DNA of 59,906 nucleotides, from the NCBI GenBank assembly GCA_048939015.1, contig JBHLPW010000011.1:26930-86835 (forward strand). Reading direction: 5' to 3'. This document shows, piece by piece, positions 20,863-30,170 of the stretch; position 1 is the stretch's first letter, and every line of letters starts with the position of its first letter. A program made the translations under genes and the position numbers. Below the pieces are notes generated by a model that did no database searches, was not told the origin of the DNA, and saw only the letters and a program-made list of their open reading frames with translations. The DNA comes from Promethearchaeota archaeon. Its GTDB lineage: Archaea > Asgardarchaeota > Lokiarchaeia > Sigyniarchaeales > SOKP01.

Positions 20863-21342
20863 TTATCTAATGATTAAAATATCACAAGGTACATGTCTTA
20901 ACACTTTATCTGCAACTGATCCGATTAAGATTTCTTCTAGAAGAGAATGATTCCCTTTAGCTCCAATTATAACAAGATCAACCTGTTCTTTAGCTACCAT
21001 TTCTTTAATATAAGATACAGGACCATATTCATAGATTAATCGAGTTTCCACATCAATTCCTTGCTCTTTAAAGATTTCTTTAGCTCTATCTAGTGTTGCT
21101 TGAGCGTTTTTTTCATAAACTTCTTTTATTCTTTGTATATCTAGGTCTGAATTGCTATAGATAAATGTGTTTTGAATACCAAACGATGGAGCCATAAACA
21201 TACCAGTAGGTGTTGCGTGATGTTCTATTGAATGGAATATAATTACTTCACTTTCACTCAATTTTTGAAGCTTTATTGCTTTTAGTAAAGCTTTATAGGA
21301 ATGCTCTGATCCATCAATCCCAATTAATATTTTTTGATAAAT
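20863..21342 (-). CDS. Universal stress protein (USP), probable ATT start
   Basis: Frame extends 27 codons upstream of the called TTG with YQKILIGIDGSEHSYKAL (canonical USP N-terminus); C-terminal GAKG...LIGSVADKVLRHVPCDILIIR. Confidence 0.9.
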   Translation of the reverse strand: MYQKILIGIDGSEHSYKALLKAIKLQKLSESEVIIFHSIEHHATPTGMFMAPSFGIQNTFIYSNSDLDIQRIKEVYEKNAQATLDRAKEIFKEQGIDVETRLIYEYGPVSYIKEMVAKEQVDLVIIGAKGNHSLLEEILIGSVADKVLRHVPCDILIIR

Positions 21343-21621
21343 AATAAATCACTCTTTATGTAGTTTTTAATAAAACAGTAATTTTCTTATTAAAATACGT
21401 GGTCTAGAATTTTTAAGTAAAAATGCAGTAGTTCCATAAACGGATATAAAATACAGTTAAATAATTTCTAAAAAATAATATTTAAGCTAATATTCTTATT
21501 AAATCAATTAGTTACCAATTACTTGAAATTTCTTAATTTCTTTTAATTTTAGGATCTTGAGAATTAGTTTATTTAAAGTACTAAATTGATATGTAATATT
21601 AAGAATTACTTAATTAATTAG

Positions 21622-22914
21622 ATGATGATTAATCACCAATCTCGTGAAAACTTTGATTTCGATAAAGAACGATTAGCTACTTATGTGAATATATTTAGTT
21701 TTCCTAGATTAGCAGGAACAGAAGGAGAAAGAAAGGCAGTTAATCTAACAGTATCTACTTTTAAAGAGAAAGGTTTTGAAATTAATCAAATATATTCTCA
21801 AAATTTTGACTTTTCAACATTTTATTCAAAAGTTATGATTAAATTAATCATACTGATGAATTTAATCTTTGTTTCAGTAATTCTTCTAATAAAGATATTG
21901 TATCGATTTCTCACTTTTATTTCTATCTTGATTTTATTAATAATTTTTTTCTCAATGCTTAAAGCATTAAAACACCCCGAACTTAAGGGATTTTGGGAAA
22001 AATATTTTGGTAAATTCTTTAGTGCAACAAATGTTTTTGTGAAGATACCTGCAATTAATGGCTCGATTAAAAAAGTTGGAAATATAATTGTTTCGGCTCA
22101 TCTAGATTCAAAATCACAAACTTTTAAAACATTTTGGAGAATTATTTTTGCTAGATTATGGTTGTTTAGTGAAATTATCCTTTTTTCATTTTATACTATA
22201 TATTTAATAGATTATCACTTTCTAACTGAACATTTGAAGCCATTTGTTACATTCGTTGAAATTCTTATATTGATAAGTACAATTTTAACAGTAATCTCAA
22301 ATTTTCTTTTATTAATTCTCAGGATAGGAAATAATTCTAGAGGCTCCTTGGATAATGCTACAGGTATGTCAATTGTATTTGAATTGAGTAATTTTTTTAA
22401 AAATCATCCCTTAGACAATTTCAATTTATGGTTTTGCCAATTTTCAGCCGAAGAATTAGGAACTATGGGTTCCCGTGAATTTTTGGATTTATATGAAGAT
22501 GAGTTTTCTAAAGATTACACCTATCAAATTAATTTTGATATGATTTCAGATAGTAATAATAATAAAAATCTAATTCAATATATCAAATCTTATGGCCTTA
22601 TCCCTCCAAAAAAAATTTCACCAATTTTAAGTGATTATTTTAAAAAAGCAGCAAAAATTGAAAACGTAGAATATAATGGATTTCATGTCTTACTCGGGGC
22701 TCACACAGATTCGGTTCCTTTCCATTTACGCAAATTTGATTCTATTGACATAACTACTAAATCTGCTGCTTATTATACTCATAGTTTAGAAGACACTCCT
22801 GATAAAATAGACTTCCAAATCCTTCTCGAAGCCTGTAAAGTCACTCAAATACTAATAACTTTACTTGATAAGAATTTTAAAAATATAACTAACTCAAAAT
22901 TAAATATGGAGTAA
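21622..22914 (+). CDS. Membrane-embedded M28 family metallopeptidase
   Basis: FPRLAGTEGE, SAHLDS, GSLDNATG, FSAEELG, INFDM, HSLED; two TM hairpins inserted. Confidence 0.88.
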   Translation: MMINHQSRENFDFDKERLATYVNIFSFPRLAGTEGERKAVNLTVSTFKEKGFEINQIYSQNFDFSTFYSKVMIKLIILMNLIFVSVILLIKILYRFLTFISILILLIIFFSMLKALKHPELKGFWEKYFGKFFSATNVFVKIPAINGSIKKVGNIIVSAHLDSKSQTFKTFWRIIFARLWLFSEIILFSFYTIYLIDYHFLTEHLKPFVTFVEILILISTILTVISNFLLLILRIGNNSRGSLDNATGMSIVFELSNFFKNHPLDNFNLWFCQFSAEELGTMGSREFLDLYEDEFSKDYTYQINFDMISDSNNNKNLIQYIKSYGLIPPKKISPILSDYFKKAAKIENVEYNGFHVLLGAHTDSVPFHLRKFDSIDITTKSAAYYTHSLEDTPDKIDFQILLEACKVTQILITLLDKNFKNITNSKLNME

Positions 22915-24636
22915 TCTTACAATTGAACCGAATCCCAATATAGTTGAGATAACCGAGCCGAAAAAGATTTGAATAATAATAAAAGAACTTATCATAACAG
23001 AACTAAATTTGTTAGTTCTTTCATAAATAATGGAATTCATTACCATAACCCCTAAAAATATCAAATATGTAACCAGCATCCCACTAATGAGAAATAATGG
23101 ATTAGAAAAATATACTAAAATACCAATATTAATCATTTCCATTAATGATGTAATTACAGTTTTACGTGATCGTGATCTTATAAAATCGAGTCTAGGATAT
23201 ACAATCTTTCTGTAAAAGATTTCCATGGTTAAATAGAAGGGATAAATTCCAAAACTTAATATATATGATAATAAATTTATTGGAGAGAAAAATGCAAATG
23301 GATAGGAGAGGGATAAAGTAATATATAATGATACAAATACAGCAGAAGAAAACAAAGAATATAAAATAACTTTTTTTTTAAACTGAGACTTAATTTCATC
23401 TTTCAACCTTAATTCTATGTATACTCTTATTCTTTCACCTTTAATTTCAGCAGTTAATATATATTTCATTAACACGTATAGAAAATAAAATAAAAGGAAA
23501 ATTAAAGGAGTATAAAGTAGACCAAGTATTCCAGTAAATTCTATCATTATTATCCAAAGCATTAAAAAGCCTACAAAAAATAAAGAAACCTCCAAGAGCA
23601 TTTTTCTATTGGATTTTTTTTTTTTGGAAAATTTATTTACATCATCTTCCCTTATAGAAGATTCTTTAATTGAAAAATATTTGAAGGAATACTTCATGAT
23701 TGATAAAGTGGTCAAAAATAATCCTATAAAACTCATTCCTAACAAAAGATATGTTGTAACATAAGATAATCTAATAGGACCGTTAATTGTTTCAGAATTA
23801 AAAAATTGTAATTCAATCCAATTGATTGTTTCAGAAATAACCTCATCTGAAAATAAATAATGAGGACCTCCGAATAAATGTTTTTTAATTTCAATCAGTT
23901 TACAATTTGTTAAATTTTTTGCAACTAACGCATTATTTTCAAATGGAACTGTCTTATCATAAATAGATTGGATAAGCATTAAATTTGTAGGATTCGTTTC
24001 ATTAATAATTTTAGCTGGAATATAACTCATCAATGGATGATCGTCAGTAATTCCAAAAAAGTTAGCAGTAAAGTTAACTAAACCCGCCCAAGTTACGGTT
24101 GCCTTAAATCTATCGTCTAATGCACCATTCATTAAAACTACCATACCCCCTAATGAATGTCCAATCAATCCAATTTGAGATGCATTTATATTTACAAAAA
24201 ATGGCATATGAGATAATGTATCTAATAATCTAGAACAATCTTGAGCAATAGCAGGTATATTTGTTCGGTTCATATATGTATTTGGATTTATATCTAGAAG
24301 ATGTCCCCCACTCTCGCCATCTCCTCTATAATCAATACTTGCTACATAAAAACCTCTTTTCGTAAATTCATTTGGTACTCTTGGATCCAAATCTCTTTGA
24401 CTACCTAATCCATGTGCAAATATAATTAATGGAGATTTTTGTTGAAAATCCAATTTTCGAATTGGATGATACAGATTTGCATAAAGTGTAGCATTTGATG
24501 ATTCAAAAACAACTCTATCGTAACTTAAATAACATTGAAATCTAAAAACAAATAATGAACTTACTGAAATTAAAAAAAATATAATTGAAGATATCAAAAA
24601 CCAGTGGTGTTTCCATTTACTTTTTATTTTTAGCAT
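22900..24636 (-). CDS. Alpha/beta hydrolase with N-terminal anchor and multi-TM C-terminal domain
   Basis: AHGLG oxyanion loop, IDYRGDGESGG, GHSLGG, YDKTV, PHY; hydrophobic C-terminal half. Confidence 0.85.
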   Translation of the reverse strand: MLKIKSKWKHHWFLISSIIFFLISVSSLFVFRFQCYLSYDRVVFESSNATLYANLYHPIRKLDFQQKSPLIIFAHGLGSQRDLDPRVPNEFTKRGFYVASIDYRGDGESGGHLLDINPNTYMNRTNIPAIAQDCSRLLDTLSHMPFFVNINASQIGLIGHSLGGMVVLMNGALDDRFKATVTWAGLVNFTANFFGITDDHPLMSYIPAKIINETNPTNLMLIQSIYDKTVPFENNALVAKNLTNCKLIEIKKHLFGGPHYLFSDEVISETINWIELQFFNSETINGPIRLSYVTTYLLLGMSFIGLFLTTLSIMKYSFKYFSIKESSIREDDVNKFSKKKKSNRKMLLEVSLFFVGFLMLWIIMIEFTGILGLLYTPLIFLLFYFLYVLMKYILTAEIKGERIRVYIELRLKDEIKSQFKKKVILYSLFSSAVFVSLYITLSLSYPFAFFSPINLLSYILSFGIYPFYLTMEIFYRKIVYPRLDFIRSRSRKTVITSLMEMINIGILVYFSNPLFLISGMLVTYLIFLGVMVMNSIIYERTNKFSSVMISSFIIIQIFFGSVISTILGFGSIVRLLHI

Positions 24637-25039
24637 GTAGTTATATCATTTGAAAATATTATTTTTTCTTAAAAAATTTCTGGAACAGTTATTCTGATAA
24701 TAATATCTTAAATATTTAAGAAATAATAATAAAAACTAAAAAAAGATTGACATTATAGAAATTAAATTAATTATTTTTACTATTTTGAGAAATTTCTGAT
24801 TAGATTCTATTATTTTTAATGAATTTTACTTTTAAAGCAAAAAATTCAACAAAGTTCTAATTAGATAAATTATTGATTTTTAAAATTTTGATTTGAATTT
24901 AATAATCTAAACAAAATTCAAATTTAATTTAATTGATCTAAATCAATACTGAAGTTTTTTTTATAATTATTAAAGCGTGGACTTATCTAATCACTTTATA
25001 TTATAATAGTAGCAGTATTATGATTTAATGTGAATTAAA

Positions 25040-25495
25040 ATGTACAATAAAATATTAGTTGGTATTGATGAATCTGCAGAGTCAATGGACGCTGTTAAAA
25101 AAGTAATTGACCTTGGAAAAGAATATAATAGTAAAGTGATTATATTTCATTCTATATATCACCATTTAACTGAAATTAGTACAGGATTTTCACTCACTCC
25201 ATCTTCAAATACTTTATTATCTATTTTGACTCATGAAGATTATATTTATCGCGGAAAGAAACTTTTGAAAAAAGTGAAAAATCTGTTTAAAGAAAATAAT
25301 ATAAAAGTTGAGACAAGATTAATTTCAGATATTACTCCTGAAGATTATATTAAAAAGATTACTTCAGAAGAACACTTCGATTTAGTAACACTAGGATTTA
25401 GAGGAAAACATTCAAGATTAAGACAAGTACTTTTAGGAACCGTCCCAGATAAAATAATCAATACTGTTGCGTGTGATGTATTAATTATAAGATAA
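25040..25495 (+). CDS. Universal stress protein (USP)
   Basis: MYNKILVGIDES...LGFRG...LLGTVPDKIINTVACDVLIIR. Confidence 0.93.
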   Translation: MYNKILVGIDESAESMDAVKKVIDLGKEYNSKVIIFHSIYHHLTEISTGFSLTPSSNTLLSILTHEDYIYRGKKLLKKVKNLFKENNIKVETRLISDITPEDYIKKITSEEHFDLVTLGFRGKHSRLRQVLLGTVPDKIINTVACDVLIIR

Positions 25496-25559
25496 ATTTC
25501 ACATTTGAAATATTTACTCAAAAATAAATAAATCCTTATTTGAATGGTGGTGATTTCAT

Positions 25560-26675
25560 ATAAAAATTGGTAAGGTAAAAGGCATTGTAATTTCTTTGCA
25601 CATTAGCACATTACTAATTATTGGGATAGTAGGTTTTTATGCTGCCAGTTTTTATGCCAATCTTGTTCCAGGAAGTAGTATTTTTTATTTATTTATAGTA
25701 GGTTTAATTAATGGTTTAATTATACTATTTTCAATTTTAATTCATGAATTAACACATTCTTTAATTGCTCAGAAGTATGGATTAAAAGTATCAGAAATTG
25801 AGTTATATCTCTTTGGTGGTGTTTCAAAAATAGAACAAGAGCCTGTTAATCCAAAAAGCGAATTTGTAATTTCTATCTTTGGTCCAATCTCTAGCTTATT
25901 AATTGGGGTTATTTTCTTAGCTGTCATATATTTTGGAACATTCGCTCTTCCTACTATTCTTTGGGTAACTTTATTCTATTCTGGAATTTCCAATATTGGT
26001 TTAGGATTATTTAATTTAATTCCAGCATATCCTATTGATGGTGGAAGAGCCCTTAGAGCAATATTATGGAATAAAAGAAATGATATGCTTTCTGCCACAA
26101 AAACAGCATCTAAAATTGGAAGCTATATTGCATATGGATTAATGGCTTATGGATTTATTTCTATGTTGTATCTTGGATTTTTTAATAGTTTGTGGTTGAT
26201 AATAATTGCTTCATTTCTAAATAACCAATCAAGACATGCATATTACCAAACTCTTAATGAACTTACTTTATCAAAGATAAGGGCTAAAGAATTAATAAGA
26301 ATTGCTGATGTTGCTATACCATTTAATAAAACAATAAATGAAGCTATTACTAATTATTTTCTTCCATATAAAAAAGTGTATTTTCCAGTTATACAAGGAG
26401 GAAATGTTGTTGGGATTATACACCTTGAAGACATAAAAAAAGTTCCAAGAGATCAGAGGAATGAGATTATTGTTGGATATCTAATGAAAAAAATATCAGA
26501 ATTTCCAATACTAGGTCAAAATAAAACAGGAAAAGATGTGTTAATGAAATTACATCAAATGAGAGATAGACCACATTTAATAATTGTAAAAGATTTTAAT
26601 GAAAATGCGATTATTGGCTATATAGGAGAGGAGGATATTTTAACTTCTTTAAAGTATCTCCAAAATAAAATTTAG
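25560..26675 (+). CDS. Site-2 protease (M50) with C-terminal CBS pair, probable ATA start
   Basis: HELTH, LFGGVS, FNLIPAYPIDGGR; in-frame upstream extension IKIGKVKGIVISLHIS matches the usual family N-terminus. Confidence 0.9.
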   Translation: MKIGKVKGIVISLHISTLLIIGIVGFYAASFYANLVPGSSIFYLFIVGLINGLIILFSILIHELTHSLIAQKYGLKVSEIELYLFGGVSKIEQEPVNPKSEFVISIFGPISSLLIGVIFLAVIYFGTFALPTILWVTLFYSGISNIGLGLFNLIPAYPIDGGRALRAILWNKRNDMLSATKTASKIGSYIAYGLMAYGFISMLYLGFFNSLWLIIIASFLNNQSRHAYYQTLNELTLSKIRAKELIRIADVAIPFNKTINEAITNYFLPYKKVYFPVIQGGNVVGIIHLEDIKKVPRDQRNEIIVGYLMKKISEFPILGQNKTGKDVLMKLHQMRDRPHLIIVKDFNENAIIGYIGEEDILTSLKYLQNKI

Positions 26676-26678
26676 GAG

Positions 26679-27107
26679 GTGATTGTGTTGAGATTTATAT
26701 TAATTTTATTTGATAAAAAGAATATTCTTGAACATACCACAGAAGTTGGATTTTCATCATTACAAAATAAAGCATCACTTACAACAGGTATCATAATACT
26801 TACAATTTTTCTTATAATTTGGTTGAGTTGCGGATTGATGTTAGCGTATTGGGTTAAAAATGACTTAAAGAAAAGAAATTCAAAAAGTCTTAGTACGTTT
26901 TTTTTTATACTATTAACTAGCTTTTTTGGATTTATGGTTTATATTATTACTAATCATGGTGAAAGAGGAATTTTAGAAAATGAAGTAAATTTTTCTGAGG
27001 TTGATGATACAATTAACTTTGAGAAAGTAGAAGAATTTCATGATGAAATTGAAGAGACTATTGAAGAAGAAGTTGAAGATATTATTACAGATATTTTAGA
27101 AAAATGA
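26679..27107 (+). CDS. Two-TM membrane protein with acidic C-terminal tail
   Basis: WVKNDLKKR between two hydrophobic helices (PLDc_N-like pattern); E/D-rich tail; GGAGGTGA SD suggests start at 26685/26688. Confidence 0.65.
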   Translation: MIVLRFILILFDKKNILEHTTEVGFSSLQNKASLTTGIIILTIFLIIWLSCGLMLAYWVKNDLKKRNSKSLSTFFFILLTSFFGFMVYIITNHGERGILENEVNFSEVDDTINFEKVEEFHDEIEETIEEEVEDIITDILEK

Positions 27108-27226
27108 AAATTGAAAAAAATGGTATACCTTTAAATTTTTAGCGGTTTAACATAATTTAGTTACTGAAAAGCTAATTTTTGCCGTCTGATTCTATCTAAA
27201 AATCCATAATCCTTACTATTTTGAGA

Positions 27227-27712
27227 TCATTTTTCACTTTCTTTAGAAATCATTATATCTCTTCCTGAATGAACTGTTTTAAAATATTCTTTATATTTTT
27301 CGATCTCTTCATGTATATCTTTTAAATTTTCATTTTTCAGCATATTATCGAAAATTCTTATTGTAGAAAAATATATTTCAGGAACAAATGTATCAATTTG
27401 TGAGAGTTGATATGCTAATTCTTTAATTGAAGAAAAATCTAATTTTAGTTCAATTTCTCTTCTTTCAAATTTTTCAATTATTCTTTTTTCAAGTTTTCTT
27501 CTAGATACATTACTCCATACCATTTCATATGCGAAATAATTTACACTTTGCACAGCTTCGGTCAAGAGAGCAGTCCCAGTCGCTATTGCAATGCTCCCCG
27601 TTATAAGATAAGCAGTTAAAGTACCGAGTACTAAAGTGATTGATCTATAGATTAAACTTTTAACTAAACTCTCTTTCCATTCAATTTTGTGTTCCTTCAT
27701 CTTGGATTTCAA
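27227..27712 (-). CDS. DUF2061 domain membrane protein with C-terminal extension
   Basis: SLVKSLIYRSI...AYLITGSIAIATG...YFAYEMVW pattern. Confidence 0.75.
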   Translation of the reverse strand: MKSKMKEHKIEWKESLVKSLIYRSITLVLGTLTAYLITGSIAIATGTALLTEAVQSVNYFAYEMVWSNVSRRKLEKRIIEKFERREIELKLDFSSIKELAYQLSQIDTFVPEIYFSTIRIFDNMLKNENLKDIHEEIEKYKEYFKTVHSGRDIMISKESEK

Positions 27713-27725
27713 TTTAGTATATAAT

Positions 27726-27833
27726 TATGATTTAAATATATCCTTTTGGTGATGTTAGCTATTGTACATATATTAATTAAAAAATTTGCGAAAATATAAG
27801 CTACAATTTTAAAGGATATTTTAATGAATCATA
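27726..27833. other. Long imperfect inverted repeat / hairpin in a divergent intergenic region
   Basis: Nested pairs TATGATT/AATCATA, ATATCCTTT/AAAGGATAT, TAGCT/AGCTA. Confidence 0.45.
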
Positions 27834-28097
27834 TTGACCGAAATATTTAAACATTGGTTTCATTTAAATTGAATCAGCTTCAAAATTTCATGTTTTAGAG
27901 ATCAATGTTTTCGATATAGATATTAAGGATAATTAGCTAATTTGCCAGAAGAATTTGTAAATATGGAAAACACTTAATAATCAATGATGATGAATTAGGA
28001 ATGTTTATAATATTTTAAACAAAATATATTAAAATAATATATACAGTTATTGAAATGGAATTGTGGTTGTTTTGTCTAATAAGGAGATCATATAGAT

Positions 28098-29453
28098 ATG
28101 AGTATTTATGCTGATGATGTTGTAAACTTTACCTCAGTCTTAAAAATAGCATATAATTTCTTGACAGGGAGAGATTATTTACAAAAGAAGAAATCAAAAG
28201 AAAGAAAGACACTTATATCTGTAGCATCTGGATTTCCAGATTTAATTTATGCCGCAGACTCAATTCCAGTATTTCCAATCCGAATGGAAAAGTTTAAGCT
28301 TAATTTGTATTTGCTTGCTCTAAATTCAGCAACAAGTCTATTCGGTTGGAATTTAACTACCAAATTATTGGGTATAGCTAGACAAGTTGATTTTTTAAAA
28401 ATAGTAGATAATGTTTTAAATGATGTGATTAATTCAATTAATAAGAAGTATAATCTTTTATATGATTTGGCAATTTCTAAGAATATTTTATCAGATTTTT
28501 GTTATGGCATAAAATCTATTTATGGTATGAATGTTTCTGAAGCAAATACGTGTGATTGTAGTTTAAATTTCACGGTCAGATGTAATAAATATAATTCTTA
28601 CCTTAAATCTTTAAAAACTCAAGTTCCAAATCAAATTTGGATAGAAATTCCTCAAACGGAAAAGGAAAGCGCAGAGAATATCCTTAAAGTAATGGTTGAT
28701 AATATAAAAGAAGGTATTTTGGAAATTGAGAATATAACAGGAAATCTGGTCACAGATAATAGTTTAAATAAACAATTTCGAATAGGCAATCAAATAAAGA
28801 GGTATTATAAATCAATTATTTATGAGATCAGTACTTCAGATTTTTATCCTTGTAATCCTGCTACCTTTGCAGAAATATTAGCATTATTAACAATTTCATT
28901 TCAGGATTATAATTCCAATGCGCAGAGATATCTAGAAAACATTAGCCAATTAGTCAAAGAGATGAGGGAACGAATAAAAAAAGGTGTGGGAATGGATGTA
29001 TCAAACATGCCAAAAATTCTGTTATCTCCAATATTTAATGGTTGGGAACCTAAAAGTCAAGAAATTATTTATGATTTAGGAGGAAAGGTTCTATATTCAG
29101 ATTGGGATTTATTAGGATTATTGGAAGAGATTCCAGTATCAAAAGATTCTGATCCAATTGAAGAATATGCCCATTTCTTGTTGAATTCATCAAAAAAAGG
29201 ATTGTTATGCTTGAATAACTGCGAAACATTAATTAATTCTTATCTAAAGTATGTTAAAAAGATAAAAGTTGATGGTTTTATAATTAACCAATTATCTGAT
29301 TGTAATGTTAATTCTAATTGCTATGATTTATTGAAAAATAAAATTAGGACAGAATTAAAAGTTCCTTCAATTAGTATTAAATTTAAAAAGATTGGTGAGA
29401 ATATAGAACAAACTAAAGCTAAATTGAACTCTTTTATGGATTTGTATCATTGA
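28098..29453 (+). CDS. 2-hydroxyacyl-CoA dehydratase family subunit, paralogue of 3071..4429
   Basis: Shared blocks LTGRDYL, PVFPIRM, DFCYGIKS.YGM, FYPCNPATF.EIL, FQDYNSNA, GWEPKS, KIGEN.EQ. Confidence 0.85.
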   Translation: MSIYADDVVNFTSVLKIAYNFLTGRDYLQKKKSKERKTLISVASGFPDLIYAADSIPVFPIRMEKFKLNLYLLALNSATSLFGWNLTTKLLGIARQVDFLKIVDNVLNDVINSINKKYNLLYDLAISKNILSDFCYGIKSIYGMNVSEANTCDCSLNFTVRCNKYNSYLKSLKTQVPNQIWIEIPQTEKESAENILKVMVDNIKEGILEIENITGNLVTDNSLNKQFRIGNQIKRYYKSIIYEISTSDFYPCNPATFAEILALLTISFQDYNSNAQRYLENISQLVKEMRERIKKGVGMDVSNMPKILLSPIFNGWEPKSQEIIYDLGGKVLYSDWDLLGLLEEIPVSKDSDPIEEYAHFLLNSSKKGLLCLNNCETLINSYLKYVKKIKVDGFIINQLSDCNVNSNCYDLLKNKIRTELKVPSISIKFKKIGENIEQTKAKLNSFMDLYH

Positions 29454-29462
29454 AAATAATAA

Positions 29463-30035
29463 TTACATTCCAAAAAAGTCAGATGGCTTGAGTAAGTGCT
29501 GGTCCTCTTCTTTCTCTTTCTTTGCTTTCTCGTGGGGATCAACCCATTCTGGTTCCCCACTTGACGCTTGAGTTGTTGCTCCCCCAGGAACCTTTAAACC
29601 AGTTGGTTTTAGATTAATATCGGCTGTTATCGCTTCAGGTTGTTGTCCCACTGCAACTGGTGCTGCTGGTACATAAGTAACTCCTCCTGCTTTCAAGACT
29701 TTTAATTCGCTTAATACTTTCTCAAGATTCATTGATTGTACGCTTTTATTCATCGTATCCATTATTTCTTTTAGGGATTTAGAGGTTTCTCTCAGCCCTT
29801 TGGGATTAATTCCCGTAAGTAGAGAATCTAGGTTAGCACTTATACTCTCATTTAAGTCTTTTAATGATTCCAATACAGTACTCCAATGTTTATTCATCTG
29901 AGATTCAATTGCGCTTATCATTTTGATTGTTTCGTTCATAAAATTTACGTGGGCTTCATAACGCTCTTCGTCTTTAGCACGAAGATCTGATATAAGCATT
30001 ATTAACTTCCGTAAGGCTTCTTTCTCTTCACTCAT
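29463..30035 (-). CDS. Hypothetical protein: helical N-domain, low-complexity linker, short C-terminal motif
   Basis: 190 aa ORF with coherent composition, visibly higher GC than neighbours. Confidence 0.75.
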   Translation of the reverse strand: MSEEKEALRKLIMLISDLRAKDEERYEAHVNFMNETIKMISAIESQMNKHWSTVLESLKDLNESISANLDSLLTGINPKGLRETSKSLKEIMDTMNKSVQSMNLEKVLSELKVLKAGGVTYVPAAPVAVGQQPEAITADINLKPTGLKVPGGATTQASSGEPEWVDPHEKAKKEKEEDQHLLKPSDFFGM

Positions 30036-30170
30036 TTTTTACCAAAATATATATTATTTTTTCTAATATTATAATGATTATAAAGAAATTTATATATATT
30101 CCTTTCTAAAACAAAGGAATCCATAATTATTTTATGAATTTAAACTAATATTTTTAAGGCAAATATTATA

